DNA from: Piromyces finnis finn
Lineage: Eukaryota > Fungi > Neocallimastigomycota
Reading direction: 5' to 3'
DNA length: 64,000 nt
NCBI GenBank assembly: GCA_002104945.1
Contig: MCFH01000001.1
Span: 2,170,001 to 2,234,000 of the forward strand
In this document: piece by piece, positions 1 to 15,287 of the stretch
How the letters are laid out: the number at the start of each line of letters is the position of its first letter
Numbering within the stretch: the stretch's first letter is position 1
Made by a program: the position numbers and the translations under genes
The notes under the pieces: generated by a model
What the model was told of the DNA's origin: nothing
What the model saw: the letters and a program-made list of their open reading frames with translations, nothing else
Databases searched by the model: none

Positions 1-1994
1 TTCAATAGCAAGAAAGTTTTTAAAATAAATAAAAATTAATCAAGCATTTTAAAGTTTCAATTCAATTAACTTGCTTTATTTAATGTGAATAATCTCAAAT
101 AAAAAAATATATTAATTTAATTAAATATTATATATAATATATATATTATAATAATAATATACTAAATTGATTACCAAATTTGTTAAAAATCAATATTTTG
201 TTAAAAAGTTAAAATTTTATTTAATAATATATTAATATATATATTAATACATTGTTTATAAATCCTTTTTTATTGGCTATTTTTTGAATTATTGTATACA
301 ATACAGGATAGTAGAAAAAAAATAAATTAATTAAATCGATTATTGAAAGATAAAAAAAAAATCTCTTGTAAGATGGTGGTAGAAAGAATACAATAATAAA
401 GTATACAAGTATATATAATAATTTAAAAAATTCTCGAAAAAATATTATTTTTACAGAGATGTAGTTAATACAAGGTAAAAAAAAAAAATTATAAATTTTT
501 TAAAAATATAAAAATTAATTTTTCATACATAATATTTTATATTTTCAAACGTACAACGATCTTTATATTAAAATAATTTCAATTAAATATATTTATTTTA
601 TGTATAAATTTATTGTTTCTATTTATTAATTGATATATTAAATAAAGCATACATATATTATAATATATTGATTATATATTACTCTTAATATTTGCTTTGT
701 TTTTTTTTTTTGTTGTAAATTTTTTATCATTATTTATTAGTAGTTATTAAAAAAAATTTTTTATTCTTATTTTATAAAATTATTTATAAAAGAGTAAAGA
801 TATATAACACCATATAATATAAAATATAAAAATATATAATTAAAATAGAAAAGATTTAAATTTTAATCTTTTTTCTTTTAATATAATATTTAACATATTT
901 TTATATATGATAATATAATAAAAACTTAATCTTATATTAGAAATTCTTTATTATATAAGAAAAAGTAAATTTAAATATTTTTATTTATTTATTTATTATT
1001 TTAGATTATTACAAAATATCATAAATTTTTTAATCAAAATTAACAATCATTATGAATTGAAAAACAATTAATTTGTTGATATAAAAGGCTATAAATAGTA
1101 TACAGAATAATATACAGAATACTCATTCTAAACAGAAACTTCAATTAATTAAATTATTTTTAATCAATCAATTAACAAAATTTTTTAAGTCTTGAGTATT
1201 AAATGAGTTGTTTATTAATTGGTACACTTTAAATCTAAATATAATACTAAACATTCAAATTAATATAAAAATTTAAAGTGAGAAGAAATAAGTAAATGTA
1301 TAACGAAAATGAAAAATAAATGAAAATTAACAATAAATGTATACAAATGAAATTTAGTAGAAAATTATAACAATAATAAATAATAAATAATTATTAAGCT
1401 ATAAATTCATAATATGCTGAATCAATGAAAATATTAAACACAACTTTGTTTATTATCACCATAATCTGTGAAACTAATAGAAAGGAAATATATAGTATTA
1501 TAAATTTGACGAAATTTCAAAGCCTCTTTATAATAAAAAGAATATTATTATTATTATGATTATTATTATGATTTGATAATTCGATTTTTTGAAAAGAATA
1601 AGTAGATTCTTGATTTTTAATGAATGTTTATAGTCATATAAATTCAAATAATACTATATTTGCGTCATGAATATTATTTCTTTTTTCAATATATTAATAA
1701 TATTGGTATTTTAAAAAAAAAATTCAAAAAGGTCATACAAAATTTTTATATAATGAAACAATATGGATATTATATAATTTAAAATATTTATCAAACACAT
1801 TCTTTTTCTATAAAAAACAAATTCCATGTTTGTAAAGAAATATAAAAATTAAAATTACAATTGATTCAAAATAAATTTATTCATTTTTAAAAAATTTTTA
1901 AAGTTTAAAACAATAAAATATATTATTATTATAAAAATATTAATAAAATTTTTTTTATATCTTTATAAATAATTAAAGAAAAATAATATTCAAC

Positions 1995-3433
1995 ATGACA
2001 TCTAATCAGGGATTTCTCATGCGCCACTTAGTGGATATGAGAGTTGGTAACAAGTACAAGATTGGAAAGAAATTAGGTAGTGGTAGTTTTGGTGAAATTC
2101 ATTTAGGTAAAAGCATAATCAATATATATCATCTTTATATACATTCGTTATTATAAATTGTAAGCGGAATATGAAATTTATACTCTTTATTGCATGTATA
2201 ATAATGATAAAATATGTAATAAAAAGGTACTAATCTTATTACTGGAGAAGATATTGCTATTAAGATTGAACCAGTTGCTACTAGACATCCACAATTAGAA
2301 TATGAAACTAAAGTTTATAAATGTTTAGCCGGTGGTGGTAAATATATATTTTTTCAAAAAAAAAAGTTTTATTATACAGGAAATTTTAATTTTTAAATAA
2401 TATATATTAATAATAGTTGGTATACCTTTTGTTCGTTGGTTCGGTACTGAATATGATCATAACTTTATGGTTATGGATTTACTTGGTCCAAGTTTAGAAG
2501 ATCTTTTCAACTTTTGTCACCGTAAATTCACTCTTAAAACAGTTTTACTTTTAGCTGATCAATTAGTAAGTTTATAATTATATAAATTAGTATTTATTGG
2601 TTTAAGATAAATAATATTCTAACATTTATCATATTAGCTTTCCCGTATTGAATATATTCATTCTAAAAACTTTATTCATAGAGATATTAAGCCTGGTAAA
2701 TAAATAAATTATAAAAAATAATTTTAGATTTATAATCAATTATTTTCATTACTAAAACAGAAACTATGATATATAAAATATATATAATCTATATAAATAA
2801 AAAGATAATTTCCTTATGGGTTTAGGAAAACGTTCAAATCAAGTTAATGTTATTGATTTCGGTTTAGCTAAAAGATACAGAGATCCAAAAACTCATTTAC
2901 ATATTCCATACAGAGAAAATAAGAATTTAACTGGTACTGCAAGATATGCTAGTGTAAATACACATCTTGGTGTTGGTGAGTATATTAGCATTTATTATAT
3001 AGAAAATACGGTTATACTGCTTTAGCCTATATACAAGTAACATAAATAAATAATATTAATTTTGGTATATATATATTATTATTATAATTATTAAGAACAA
3101 TCTCGTAGAGATGATCTTGAATCTCTTGGATATGTTTTAATGTACTTCTGCAGAGGTTCATTACCATGGCAAGGATTAAAGGCTATCAATAAGAAGCAAA
3201 AGTACGATCGTATTATGGAAAAGAAAATGACCACTCCAACTGAAATTTTATGTAGAGGATTCCCAAATGAATTCGCCATTTACTTAAATTATACCCGTTC
3301 TTTACGTTTCGATGATAAACCAGATTATGCCTATTTAAGAAAGTTATTCAGAGATCTTTTCGTAAGAAAAGGTTATTACTATGACTATGTTTTCGATTGG
3401 ACTGTAGTAAAATACCAAAATATTGAAGGGTAA
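1995..3433 (+). CDS. HRR25: Casein kinase I (CK1/Hrr25 family), 6 exons; a short 7th exon may extend it to 3580
   Basis: Spliced GT-AG exons from ATG 1995 give [93 protein letters not shown], all CK1 signature motifs. Stop at 3431-3433, or GT at 3430 spliced to an AG at 3560-3561, adding NEETS* (ends 3580). Confidence 0.93.
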
Positions 3434-3787
3434 ATAATAATTTTAAAATCATAATTTCTTATTAAATAATCATTTTTACAAAAATAAAAATAAAAATATA
3501 TAAAAAAAATCACAAATACTTCTTATTAAAACTATATTTTTTTTTAAAAAAAAAAAAATAGAAATGAAGAAACGAGTTAATGAATCAATCTTATATTCAT
3601 TATTAGTAAAGAATAATAAAAAAAATTTGTAAACCAAATTTTCAACAAGAAAAAAGTTCAATTCAAATCAAAATATATAAAAGAAATAAATAAACCAAAT
3701 CAAATTAATACAAAATTTAAAACATTTTTAATACAAAAACAAAATAATAATCAAAAAATATAATAAAAAATAAAAATAAAAAAATTA

Positions 3788-3819
<32 letters not shown>

Positions 3820-4361
3820 AAATAAATAATAATAATATTTTTAAATTACTTCAATATTCTTTTATAATAAATTTATAAATAATTAATAAAATAAATAAAA
3901 AAAGAGAGAGAGAAAGAAAAAAAAAAAAAAGAAAGAAAGAAAAAGAAAAAGGAAGCGTGAGAAAAGATAAAAGAATATAATGATCTATATTTATCCATTG
4001 AATAATTACAAGAATAATATATTTATCCTTTTTTTATTCATTAATATTAAATTAAAAGTTAATTCTAAAATATCACAAAACATACAATTATCCTTTGTAA
4101 TTTGTTCTGTAAACTTACAATTTATAAATATTATAAATACATTATTTTCTTTGTTCTTTTTTTTTTTTTTTTTTTTTTTTCTATCTATTTATTACATTTA
4201 TTCATTTTTTTTTATTTGAATAATAAATAAAATAAATAAAATTTATAAATATCATATATAATAGATTTTAGATATCATTGTTGGGTGTAAAAGACATTTA
4301 TAAATAGTGTATTGTTGGATACTCAACTAAAATTTTTAAAAAGTTTCTAAAGTCTTTTTTT

Positions 4362-4397
<36 letters not shown>

Positions 4398-5348
4398 CGC
4401 TATATCATTAAAAAATTTAAAACTGAATTTTTACCCTTAAGATAATATAGTTATTATAATGGTTAATTAATTAAATCTATATTTATTAAAATTAAATATA
4501 TGTGTAATGTTTATTTATATTTTAATATAATATAAAATATATATTAAAATAAAAATTAACAAAAAATGTATATATAAAATTATTTATATTTCTAATTTAA
4601 ATAAATGAATAGATGAAGAATTTATAAATAAAAAAAATTTATATATAATTTTTTTATATTAGATTTAATTTTATAATATTTTATTTTATTACTATTATTG
4701 TTATTATACTTTTGTTGTTTAATCCTATTTCATTTAAAATAAATAAAGGAAAAGATTGTAACTATTATAATAATTACATATCGAATTTCTTTATGTAAGT
4801 TAAATATATAATTAAAAAAAAATAAAATAAAATAAAATAAAAATACCATATATATACTAATAATATTTCATTATACATTTTTTTAAAAAAAAAAGTCTAT
4901 CTTTTTAGCAATAGGCCAATAATAAAATTACATAATAAAATAAAAATACTACAAATAAACAACTTAATATAAAGAAAAAAAAATTAATAAAAAGAAAAAA
5001 AGAAAGAAAGAAAAATTAAAAAAAAAATATAAAAAAAAATAAATAAATAAATAAGAAAGGAAAGAAATACAGAGAGAATCGGAAAATTCAATAAAATATA
5101 TAATATTAAATCTTTCATATTTTTCTATCCAACAATAAATTTATTCAATTGTATATAATCACTATCACTTTGCTAATATTTATGAAATTAAGATATTGAC
5201 AATTTAATAAACAAAAAAGGGGGAAATATAAATCAATATAAATTATTAGAAAGTGTGTCTTTATATCATATCTATTAATAAACAAATAAAAATAAGAAAT
5301 TGAAATTTAAGAGCAATATTTATCACTACATATAAATAATTATTAAAA

Positions 5349-8300
5349 ATGAACAAGATAAACAGTAAAAAAAACAATACTGATGCTAAATACTTTCAAA
5401 GAGGTATATCATTATATTTATAAATATTTATGACTTAATATGTATAATATATCATTGGATGGATTGTTTTCAAAATATATTTATTGTGTAATTACTATGA
5501 ATAAAAATATAATATAAAAATTATAAATATCTACTATTTACCTTTATTTCAAAAATAAAATAAAATGAATGTGAATGACAATCACTATATATTATACTCA
5601 TTTCATTTCTTTAAATGTTTTTATCGAGGAATATTTTTTTCTAAAATTTTAAATAGTATAAATATAATAAATTTATGAACATTTCAATTTTTTTTATTTC
5701 AATTTTTCATTAAGATATGACAAAGAATATATAATTAAAAATAATAACAATAAATAAATAAAATAAAGAAAAAAAAAAATAAAAATTCAAAGTATAGAAA
5801 TTAAAAAAAATATATAATTATGTGAATATAATTATAATTAAATATAGGTAAAATTCAGGAATTAAAAGCTGAATTAAAGTCAGAGAAGAAAGATCCAAAA
5901 TTTGCAAGAAAGAAGAATGTTTTAAAGAAAATTGTTGCTAATATGACTATGGGAAATGACATGTCTCCACTTTTCTCAGATGTCTTAGTTTGTATGGATA
6001 TTCCAGTTTTGGAAATCAAAAAAATGGTTTATTTATATTTAATTCATTACGCAAGAAATAAGCCAGAAATGATTTTAATGGCTTTAAAGTCTTTCACCAA
6101 AGTAATATAAATAATGATTAAAAAGAATTAAATGATTATAAAATAAATAATATCAATAAAATCAATATATTACAATAAATTATAAATTAGCTACTATTAA
6201 TCTATTAATGTTTTTGTTTTTGTCTTTTTACAGGATGTTAATAGTAACAATCCATTAATTAGAGCTATGGCTATTAGAACTATGGGTTACATGCCAGCAG
6301 ACAAAATTATAAATTGTTTAGGAAAACCATTACATGACTGCTTACAAGATCGTGACCCTTATGTTAGAAAAACAGCAGCTCTTTGTGTTCCAAAACTTTT
6401 TATGGATGATCCAATCCTTGTCGAAAAAGAAGGATATTTAAATCAATTAAAAGATTTACTTAATGATACAAATTCTACTGTAAATATTTCAATAAAATTA
6501 ACTATATTGTTATGAAGTTCCTTTTCTAAAAAATATATATTTTATTAAAAATATATCAATAAATCATTATCACATTAATTTAGGTTGTCGCATCAGCTAT
6601 CTCCGGTTTAATTGAAATTGCTGATAGATCAGAAAAATTTGATTTGTCTATAAACTTTAATTTAGCAAACAAACTTTTAACTGCTATGAATGATTGTAAT
6701 GAGTATGTATATATTTATTATTTAAAAAAAAATGAATATTTTTTAAATTCCTAATTATATAAAAAATAATTAATGAAAAATAAATTTACTTCTCAAAAAT
6801 TAAAAAAAAAAAAAAAAAAAAATAAGATGGGGACAAACATACATTCTTGAAGCCATGATGTTCCATGTTCCACAAGAACATCAAGATGCTGAATTACTTG
6901 CAGAAAGAATCGTTCCAAGATTACAACATGCTAACGCTGCTGTTGTCTTAACTTCGGTTAAAGTTATTCTTTATTTAATGAATTATATGAATAATGAAGA
7001 AGTTGTTAACGGTTTATTTGCAAAACTTGCACCACCAATGGGTAAATATTAATAAATTATTGTTTATTCATAATAATAAAAGTAATTCGAATACTTATTC
7101 ATGGTCATTTAATTTTTTTGTTAAAAAAAAAAAAGTTACACTATTACACAGTGGTTATGAAATTCAATATGTTGCTTTAAGAAATATTTTATTAATTATT
7201 CAACGTAGACCGGATTTCTTAAAGAATGAACTTAAAGTTTTCTTCTGTAAATATAACGATCCAATTTATGTCAAATTAGCAAAATTAGAAATTATTATTC
7301 GTTTAACCACTATTTATAATGTCTCTCAAGTTCTCTCTGAATTAGAAGAGTAAGCTTAAAAGAATAAAAATAGTCATTATTATTAACTATGAAATAATTA
7401 ATCATAAATTGACGATTTATAAATTGACAATTTATTTTAAAAATAAAAAAAAAAAAAAAAAAAAAATAGATATTCTTCTGAAGTCGATGTTGGATTTGTT
7501 AGAAAGTCAGTTCGTTCTATTGGTAGATGCGCCATTAAAATTCCAGAAGCTACTGATGAATGTATCGATGTTTTAGTTAGATTAATTCATACTAAGGTTG
7601 ATTATGTTGTTCAAGAAGCTGTTGTAGTTATCAGAGTAAGTATAATGTAAAAATAAAAAAAAAGAAAAAATGTTTTAAAAAGAAAAAAATTAAGTTAATT
7701 AATAATAAAAACTATATTTATAATATTAGGATATTTTCAGAAAATATCCAAATAGATATGAAAGCACTATCGGAATTCTCTGTGAAAATTTGGATAGTTT
7801 AGATGAACCAGAAGCTAAAGCTTCCATGATTTGGATTATTGGACAATATTCTGACAGAATTCAAAATGCTGATGAATTATTAGATAATTTCTTAGAAACC
7901 TTCAAGGAAGAAACTACAGAAGTAAGAATGAATACTTTAATTTTTTAAAATACTATAAATTCTGTATTTATTTTAAAAATTTTTCTTATATATATTTTAT
8001 TATATAATAAAACCAATAATTTATTTGAAATGAATTTTAAAAATAAATAAGGTTCAACTTTCACTTCTTACAGCAATTGTAAAATTATTCATTAAAAGAC
8101 CAACTGTTGGTCAAGCCTTAGTCCCAAAGGTATTAAAATGGGCTACAGAAGATGTTGATAATCCAGATTTAAGAGATCGTGCTTACATTTACTGGAGATT
8201 ATTATCTAGTGATCCAGTAGCCGCCAAGGTATTTATATAAAAAAAAAAAATATTTTTTATTACATTTTAAAAAAATTAATTATATTATTTTTATCATTAT

Positions 8301-10241
8301 TATTATAACAATAAAACAATAACCATAGGCTATTGTTTTAAGTGAAAGACCAGCTATTACAACTGAAGTTGAAGATATGGATTGGAATTTATTAGATGAT
8401 CTTTTATTAAATATTTCAAGCTTAGCTTCTATTTATCACAAACCACCAACTAACTTTATCAATGGTATTAAATCAAGAAAGTTAATTCAATCACCAGCCT
8501 TAAATCCAAATATTCATATGCAACAACAAAAAACATTCAACTTTGATGATGATGAAAAGTAATAATATAAATTAAACTATATTACTTTTAATATATAATA
8601 ATAATGAAAATTTAAATACTAAATATTTAATAATTTTTAACATATTATATAATATATAAAATTAAACTTTTTTAAATAATTATAAATATTACATAATTAT
8701 AAAAAGTCAAAATATCTATAATAATGTTAATAATCCATATTCTATGAATGATGTTGAACCAATGAATGCCAATCAAATTGATTTACTTGAGTTTGAAAAT
8801 GCAGACCAAAATAATCAATTCCCTGAATCACCTCAAGTAGATACAACTGATATCTCATCTAAGGGTGAAAACGATATATTCGACGTAAAGGAAAATATGA
8901 CTCCAACTAACTTTGGATCTAACACTTCCTTTAAGATTAATAATGATTTACTTGGATTAGATATGAATGTTACTGACCAAAATCAAAATATGAATAACAA
9001 CAACCAATTTAACAACATGGGTTTCATGAACAACAACATGAATAACATGAATAATATGAATAATATGAATAATATGAATTTCATGAATAATAACATGAAC
9101 AACATGAATAATATGAACAACATGAACAACATGAATAATATGAATAATATGAATAACATGAACAACATGAACAATATGAACAACATGAACAACATGAATA
9201 ATATGAATAATATGAATAATATGAATAATAATATGAACTTTATGAATAATAATATGAATAACATGAATCCAAATATGAATCTTCTTACTGATGGTATGAA
9301 TAATATTAACATTAATCAAAATAATACTACCAATGATGCCTATATTCCAAATAAATCTACCTTCTTATCATCACAGTCAGGTAATGGTATGCAAATTATT
9401 GGTACTTTTGCTAGAAGAAGCAACCAAATGCAAATGGATCTTACTTTCAATAACTTATCTCAACAAGTATTAAGTGGATTTGCCATCCAATTTAATAAAA
9501 ACAGGTTAGTAAATATATTGATATAATAATGAAATGCTAAAGCATAAATATATAAATATAAATTAAATAAATAAAAAATTAAGATGAATGATAAATTAAT
9601 TATTTGCACCTTTATATAAAGTTTTGGTATAACACCAGCCAATGATTTAAATATTAATACACCATTGAATCCAAATGATTCAACAGAAACAGTATTAAAT
9701 TTAAGAAATAATGGACCAGTACAACAAATGACACCAATCAATAACTTACAAATTGCTGTTAAAAATAATACAGGTATTTACTATTTCCAAACTTTAATTC
9801 CAATTCACATTTTATTCGATGAATCTGGTAAATTAGAACAAGAAGAGTGGTTTAAATATTGGAAAGATAATTCATTAAGTGAATATAAATATAATATTAC
9901 TAATTTGAATAAGTATGCTGATATTAAGGAAATTGTTGAAAAGCTTCAAATAAATAATGTATTCTGTATTGCCGAACGTTATGTTAATAATATGGTAAAT
10001 ATAAATATATATAGAATATAAATATAATTTTTACAGATATTAGCAATCTTGCTAATCATTTTTTTTTTTTTAAATATAGAATGTATTGTATTTATCTGTC
10101 AAATTAGAACAAAATATTGTATTTGTTATGGAAATGCTTATTGATCAACCATTAAGAAATGTCATTCTTTCTTCAAAGACTTCTGCCGCATCATTAGTTA
10201 GTCCATTCCAAAAAGCAATAGAAGATATTTTAAAATCATAA
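5349..10241 (+). CDS. APL1: AP complex beta subunit (beta-adaptin), AP-2 beta type, about 13 exons, with hinge and full ear domains
   Basis: The joined exons read [17 protein letters not shown]...[14 protein letters not shown] (fungal AP-2 beta N-terminus), [89 protein letters not shown], followed by beta-ear sandwich and platform segments. All junctions are GT-AG and in frame. TAA at 10239-10241. Confidence 0.9.
9000..9290 (+). repeat. (ATG AAY AAY)n coding minisatellite encoding an MNN-rich hinge
   Basis: 9-bp units such as ATGAATAAT/ATGAACAAC are repeated in frame inside ORF 8744..9526. Confidence 0.9.
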
Positions 10242-10818
10242 AATAGATTATATGAATGAAAACAAAAAAAAAAAAAAAAAAAAAAAAAAAATAAAAGTAA
10301 AATAAAATAAAAATAATAATAATAATAATAATAATAACACTAAAATAAATAAATATATTATTAAATAATAATTATAAAAATAAAATTATTAAATATAAAT
10401 ATATAAAAATAAACAAAAATAAAATAAAAAGCATTTCATAATAAAGAAATAAACTTTATCATTTATTAAATATAAAACTTTTATTTTAAAAAATATTTTA
10501 TTATTGTGTTTTAAATATATTATGAATATTAATTACTTATGTAAATATTAATTTAATAAAAAAAAATGACTAAAAAATTATATTAGGATTTAATGAATAT
10601 ATTTATAATATTTTTCTATTACAAAAAAAAAAAAAATTAAAAATGGTAATAAATTAACAAAAAAAAAATAAAAAATAAAAAAATCTTAAGATGAAAAAAT
10701 ATATTATATGTAATTTTAATGAATATAAATTAAATTATTTAAAAAAAAAAAAAAAAGAGAGATGGGAATAATAAAATAAAAAAAATTTTTTTATTTTTTC
10801 TCCCCCATAAATTTAATC

Positions 10819-13800
10819 TTAATGTCTCTTCTTATAGCGACCAGAATCACCAGCTTCTTCTCTAGCTCTCTTTTTACCTTCAGCTCTATAAATTTCCTTA
10901 CGCTTTTTGGTTTGTTTTTCTTCTCTAATCTTTTCTTCTTTGGCTTGCTTTTTAAGATATACTTCCTTACGTTCTTTAAGCTTTAACTTTCTCTTCTTAT
11001 CTTTTTCATGCTTTAAGGTATTAATTTGTTGCATTAAAGTATAAATCTTTTTCTCCTTTGGTTCCAATACAACAGCACGACGAGCCATTAATGAAGGCTT
11101 CTTTTGTTTCTTTAACACTTTTGGTTTAGAAGCAAATGGAAGTTCTTGTTGAAGAGCCTTTGGTATTTTTAATGGGTTGAAACGACGAGTTTTTCTTTCA
11201 ATTGGTTTATAAGAAGAATCTGGATTCATTGGAATTGGTAATTTATTTACTCTTCTAATTTCAGATACAGTCTTCATACCTTGCCATGAAGTCTTTTCTG
11301 ATAATAATAATGAAGTAACAAGATTATAGAATTTCTTTGGTTTTACTGGATACCAAGCTCTTAAAAATACAATATCACTCATTAAAATCTTATCTTCAAA
11401 AGTTGCACGAAAAGCACCATCTGGTTTTGGTAAATGTTTTTTAATTTGACCACGAATACCACTAACAGTTCTAATTGCAACACCCTCGAATTTAGCAACT
11501 TCAAGTGAAGAGTTAAACATATCTCTAATGAAAGCAGTATTTTTAAAGATCTTAAATGGAGTACCGGTAAGCTTTAATTTTTTAACAATTTCAGTTGATT
11601 GATTAATATCTAATACAACACCAGTTGCTGCAATACGGAAAGCTTGAGTAGTTTCTGTCATGGTTCTAAAAGCACAGAAACCAGTATTTGGCTTGGTAAC
11701 AGGACCATAGAATTGAGCCAAACAGTGCATATGTTCTGGAGTATATTTAAGCATTCTATTTCTAGTACCATCAATATTTAAAGAATAGATTGGAATAGAT
11801 TGGAATCTTCTCCAACCAAGGGAGAAAATCAATGGATCATTAGTCTTTAAAACTTTTTGATGCCATCTATGTCTCTTAATTCTAACTTGCATAAAACCAA
11901 AGGCTTCTTCAGTAGAAAGAAGACCACCAACAATAACAGGATAGGCTGGATCAAAATGTTCAATAAATTCACATGGTAAATTCTTAATTAAAATTCTAAC
12001 ATATTGACCTGGACGATAACCTTCAATCTTAGCTCTTGTTTCTGGATCATCTTCTTCAAATTCAGCTCTATTTAGTTCTAATTGTTTACTAATACCACTT
12101 TTAATTTCTTCATAAAAGTTTTCATTTTCTTCTTCTTCACCATCATATTCAGCATCAAATTTCTTCTTTAATTCTTCCTTCTTTCTAGCTAATCTTTCTT
12201 CTTCAGTTAATCCATCATCTTCTTCATTTTCATTTTCTTCTTCATCATTATTTTCACCCTTAACAACTTCACCAGTTTCTAAATCTTCAAAATCACCATA
12301 TACTTCATCATCTTCACCATTATTATTTTTATTACTATTGTCATCACCTGTAATAAAACGATATCTTAATGATTCAATTACTTCTTCATCTGACCAATTT
12401 TCCAATTCATCATTTAAAACAACTAATTTTGAAGTATCTATAGTATCGGTGCTAATTCTCTTCTTTGGTTTAACTTTAACAAATAAATCATCTTCGTCAC
12501 CATTATTATTTTCTTCTTCTTCTTCTTCTTCTTCTTCTTCTGAATCAGAACCATCATAAACAATTTGCATTAAATTCTTTTTTCTCTTTACATCTTTAAA
12601 GTTTTCGGCAGCTTTTTCTGCCATACCAATCTTCCACTTTAATTCACCATCATCATCATCGTCTTCATCACCAAGTTCACTATCACTTTCAGCAAATGCA
12701 ATTTCTTCATCATTTTGTTCTTCATTATCATATTTGTCAAATGCTCTTCTTCTTCTTCTAGAAGATTGATCTGCATCTTCCATTTCTTCATCATCATCAT
12801 CTTCTTCTTCTTCTTCTTCATCGTCATCATCATCTTCTTCGTCTTCTTCTTCATCTTCATTTTCTTCATCTTCTTCATTTTCATCATCTTCATCTTCATC
12901 ACCAAATACAGCCTTTCTACGAACATTACCATTCTCATCTATCTCTTCAGTATAAGAAACTTCTTTTCCTGATATAGTTTTAAGATCTGTAGCCTTTAAT
13001 GGGGCAGAATTTTTGAACAATTGAAGTTCACTCTTTTCAATTTTATCAGCTAAAGTATCTTGAGCATCTTGAAGATCAATAACAAGCTTTTCACCTTCAG
13101 TTTTTTCTTCATCTAAAAATTATATAATTATTTAAGTTAATGCATTATAAATTAAATTAGCTTTATATAATTATAAAAATTTCATTTATTTTATTATTAA
13201 TTATTTAAATATATAATAAAATTATATCATACCGTTGTTATCTTTATTAAAGTTTCCTGTTACATTAATATATACAGCATCTTTATCATATAAAATACCA
13301 CCAACATCTGACATTGGAGCATAAATTAATTTTTGTTTGTCGTTTAATGATTTTTTAACTTTATCTGGAAGTGGACATGGATCCGGTAATAAACTTATAT
13401 CGGAAATCCAATGATCTCCAGAACCTGGTATATGTACCTTTTTACCATTTTTAAAAAAAGTATTTAATGTTACATTTAAGTTTCAAAAGTTTCCGAGTTG
13501 TTTGAATTTTTTTATTGCAATAATTTTTTTAAATGATGATTAATAGTTAATATTTCATTTTATGTTGATGGTTAATGCCATTATAATATATAATAATAAT
13601 ATTATATTATAATTAATATATAAACAATTAGTTTTAACTCTATTTTATATCGATATAATACAATAAATATTAATTACACAATTTAATGAATAATTACCTT
13701 CATATTTGGCTTTAAATTGGTACCTCTCATATAACCATAAAGAGTTACATCTCTATCACATTTTGGATTTTTATGAATTAATTCTGGATCAGTCATATCT

Positions 13801-15287
13801 TCAGCTCTATCACATAAAACATATGGGTGAGTATTTCTCCAAATTAAAGGTCTAAATTTCATTACAGAAATAAAACGAGATAAGTTCATAACTTCATTTT
13901 TAGGGTATTTTCCATTAATAATACCAGAAAGATAGAAAAGTTTAGCACCTTGGTAAATTTCAGTCCAGAAACGATGCTTTAATTGTTTTTTGGTATTTCT
14001 TAATTTCTTATTATTTTTAAATTTATCTAAATGGGTTAAAACACCCATAATTTTTGGAAAACCATGAACTTGGAGGATATTTAAAAATTCAAAAGTTTCC
14101 ATTTCAAAACCAAAATCAGCATCAATTAATAATAAAACTAAATCTGCAATTTTAGCTATATCAATCATTGAATTTATATCGTTTGCACATTCCATAAAAG
14201 TTAATCTCTTCTTTTTACCTATATAATCAAAATTTAAATTATAAGTTTATTAAAATATTATATATATTTAATTAGATAATATCTTCATTATTTATATTAT
14301 TTTCACTGTTGTTTTTATTATAATAGCAATTATTATTAAGTTTTATAAATGGCATTATATTATACCTGAAACAACAGTAATTGGACCTTTTATTTCATTT
14401 AAATTGTATTTTGTGTATCTTTTTACTAATGAACGAATTAATGTAGTTTTACCACACTAAAGATTATTTTATTTTTATATTTTAAATCATTTATATTATA
14501 TATATTCATATTTTATCATTAGATATTTAAAATGTAAATATAACTAATCATATTTAATAATGAAATACAGATAACTTACGCCTGGTGGACCAACTACCGC
14601 AACCATAATTGGAGGAGCTTCATCTGGTGTTCTATCAACTAATGGGACATGTAATCTTTTTTGTTCTATATCAGCATTTCTCATAGCATTTTTAAATGCT
14701 TTAACACCAGAATTTAAAGCGAAAGCCTAATGTGCGAATAAATAATTTAATAAAATATATTAATATATAAAATTTAAAAATTTTTATAATATATATTATG
14801 TTAAACTAAATATTTGTATATAATGGCATTATATTATTCTAAAAAAATTTATTTTAAATTATATAATAAAAATTTGATTAAACTTTTATATCATCAATAT
14901 GTGTTATTGTCGTTATTATATATATTTTATTGTTTTACCAATAAATACAATAAATACTATATATGATTGATTATTTTTCTTAAAAAAATGAATATATTGA
15001 GATTTCTAATTAATTCCATTTTAAAATCTCAACTCTGTATCACTATATTTTAATGTAATGCTGTAATATAAATTACAATAATATCATATACAAATTTGAA
15101 TATTGCTACCATTTAAAATCTTCAATATAATATTCATTCAATATTTGTCTTTACTTTAATTCACAGTATTTTAATTTCAAAAAACATTAACCTTTGGATT
15201 ATTCTTTTCGCTATTTTTCCTTTGCTTTTTTTCAGCTTTTGGTCCAGCTTGTTTAGCTCTATGTGGTTTTCTTTGTTGTTCTTCCAT
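10819..15287 (-). CDS. BMS1: Ribosome biogenesis GTPase Bms1, 6 exons
   Basis: [17 protein letters not shown] start. The P-loop GPPGCGKTTL is assembled across an intron. Also [65 protein letters not shown], an acidic central region, and C-terminal [15 protein letters not shown] and [18 protein letters not shown]. Confidence 0.97.

Noticed and set aside
3476-4219. Short hydrophobic F/I/L-rich ORFs here and at 63440-63655
   Set aside because: Translations of poly(A/T) intergenic DNA.
12338-12972. Overlapping ORFs within BMS1, and similar antisense/shifted ORFs in the adaptin, orphan and Sel1 genes
   Set aside because: Shadow ORFs caused by low-complexity codon repeats; they contain no recognisable motifs.
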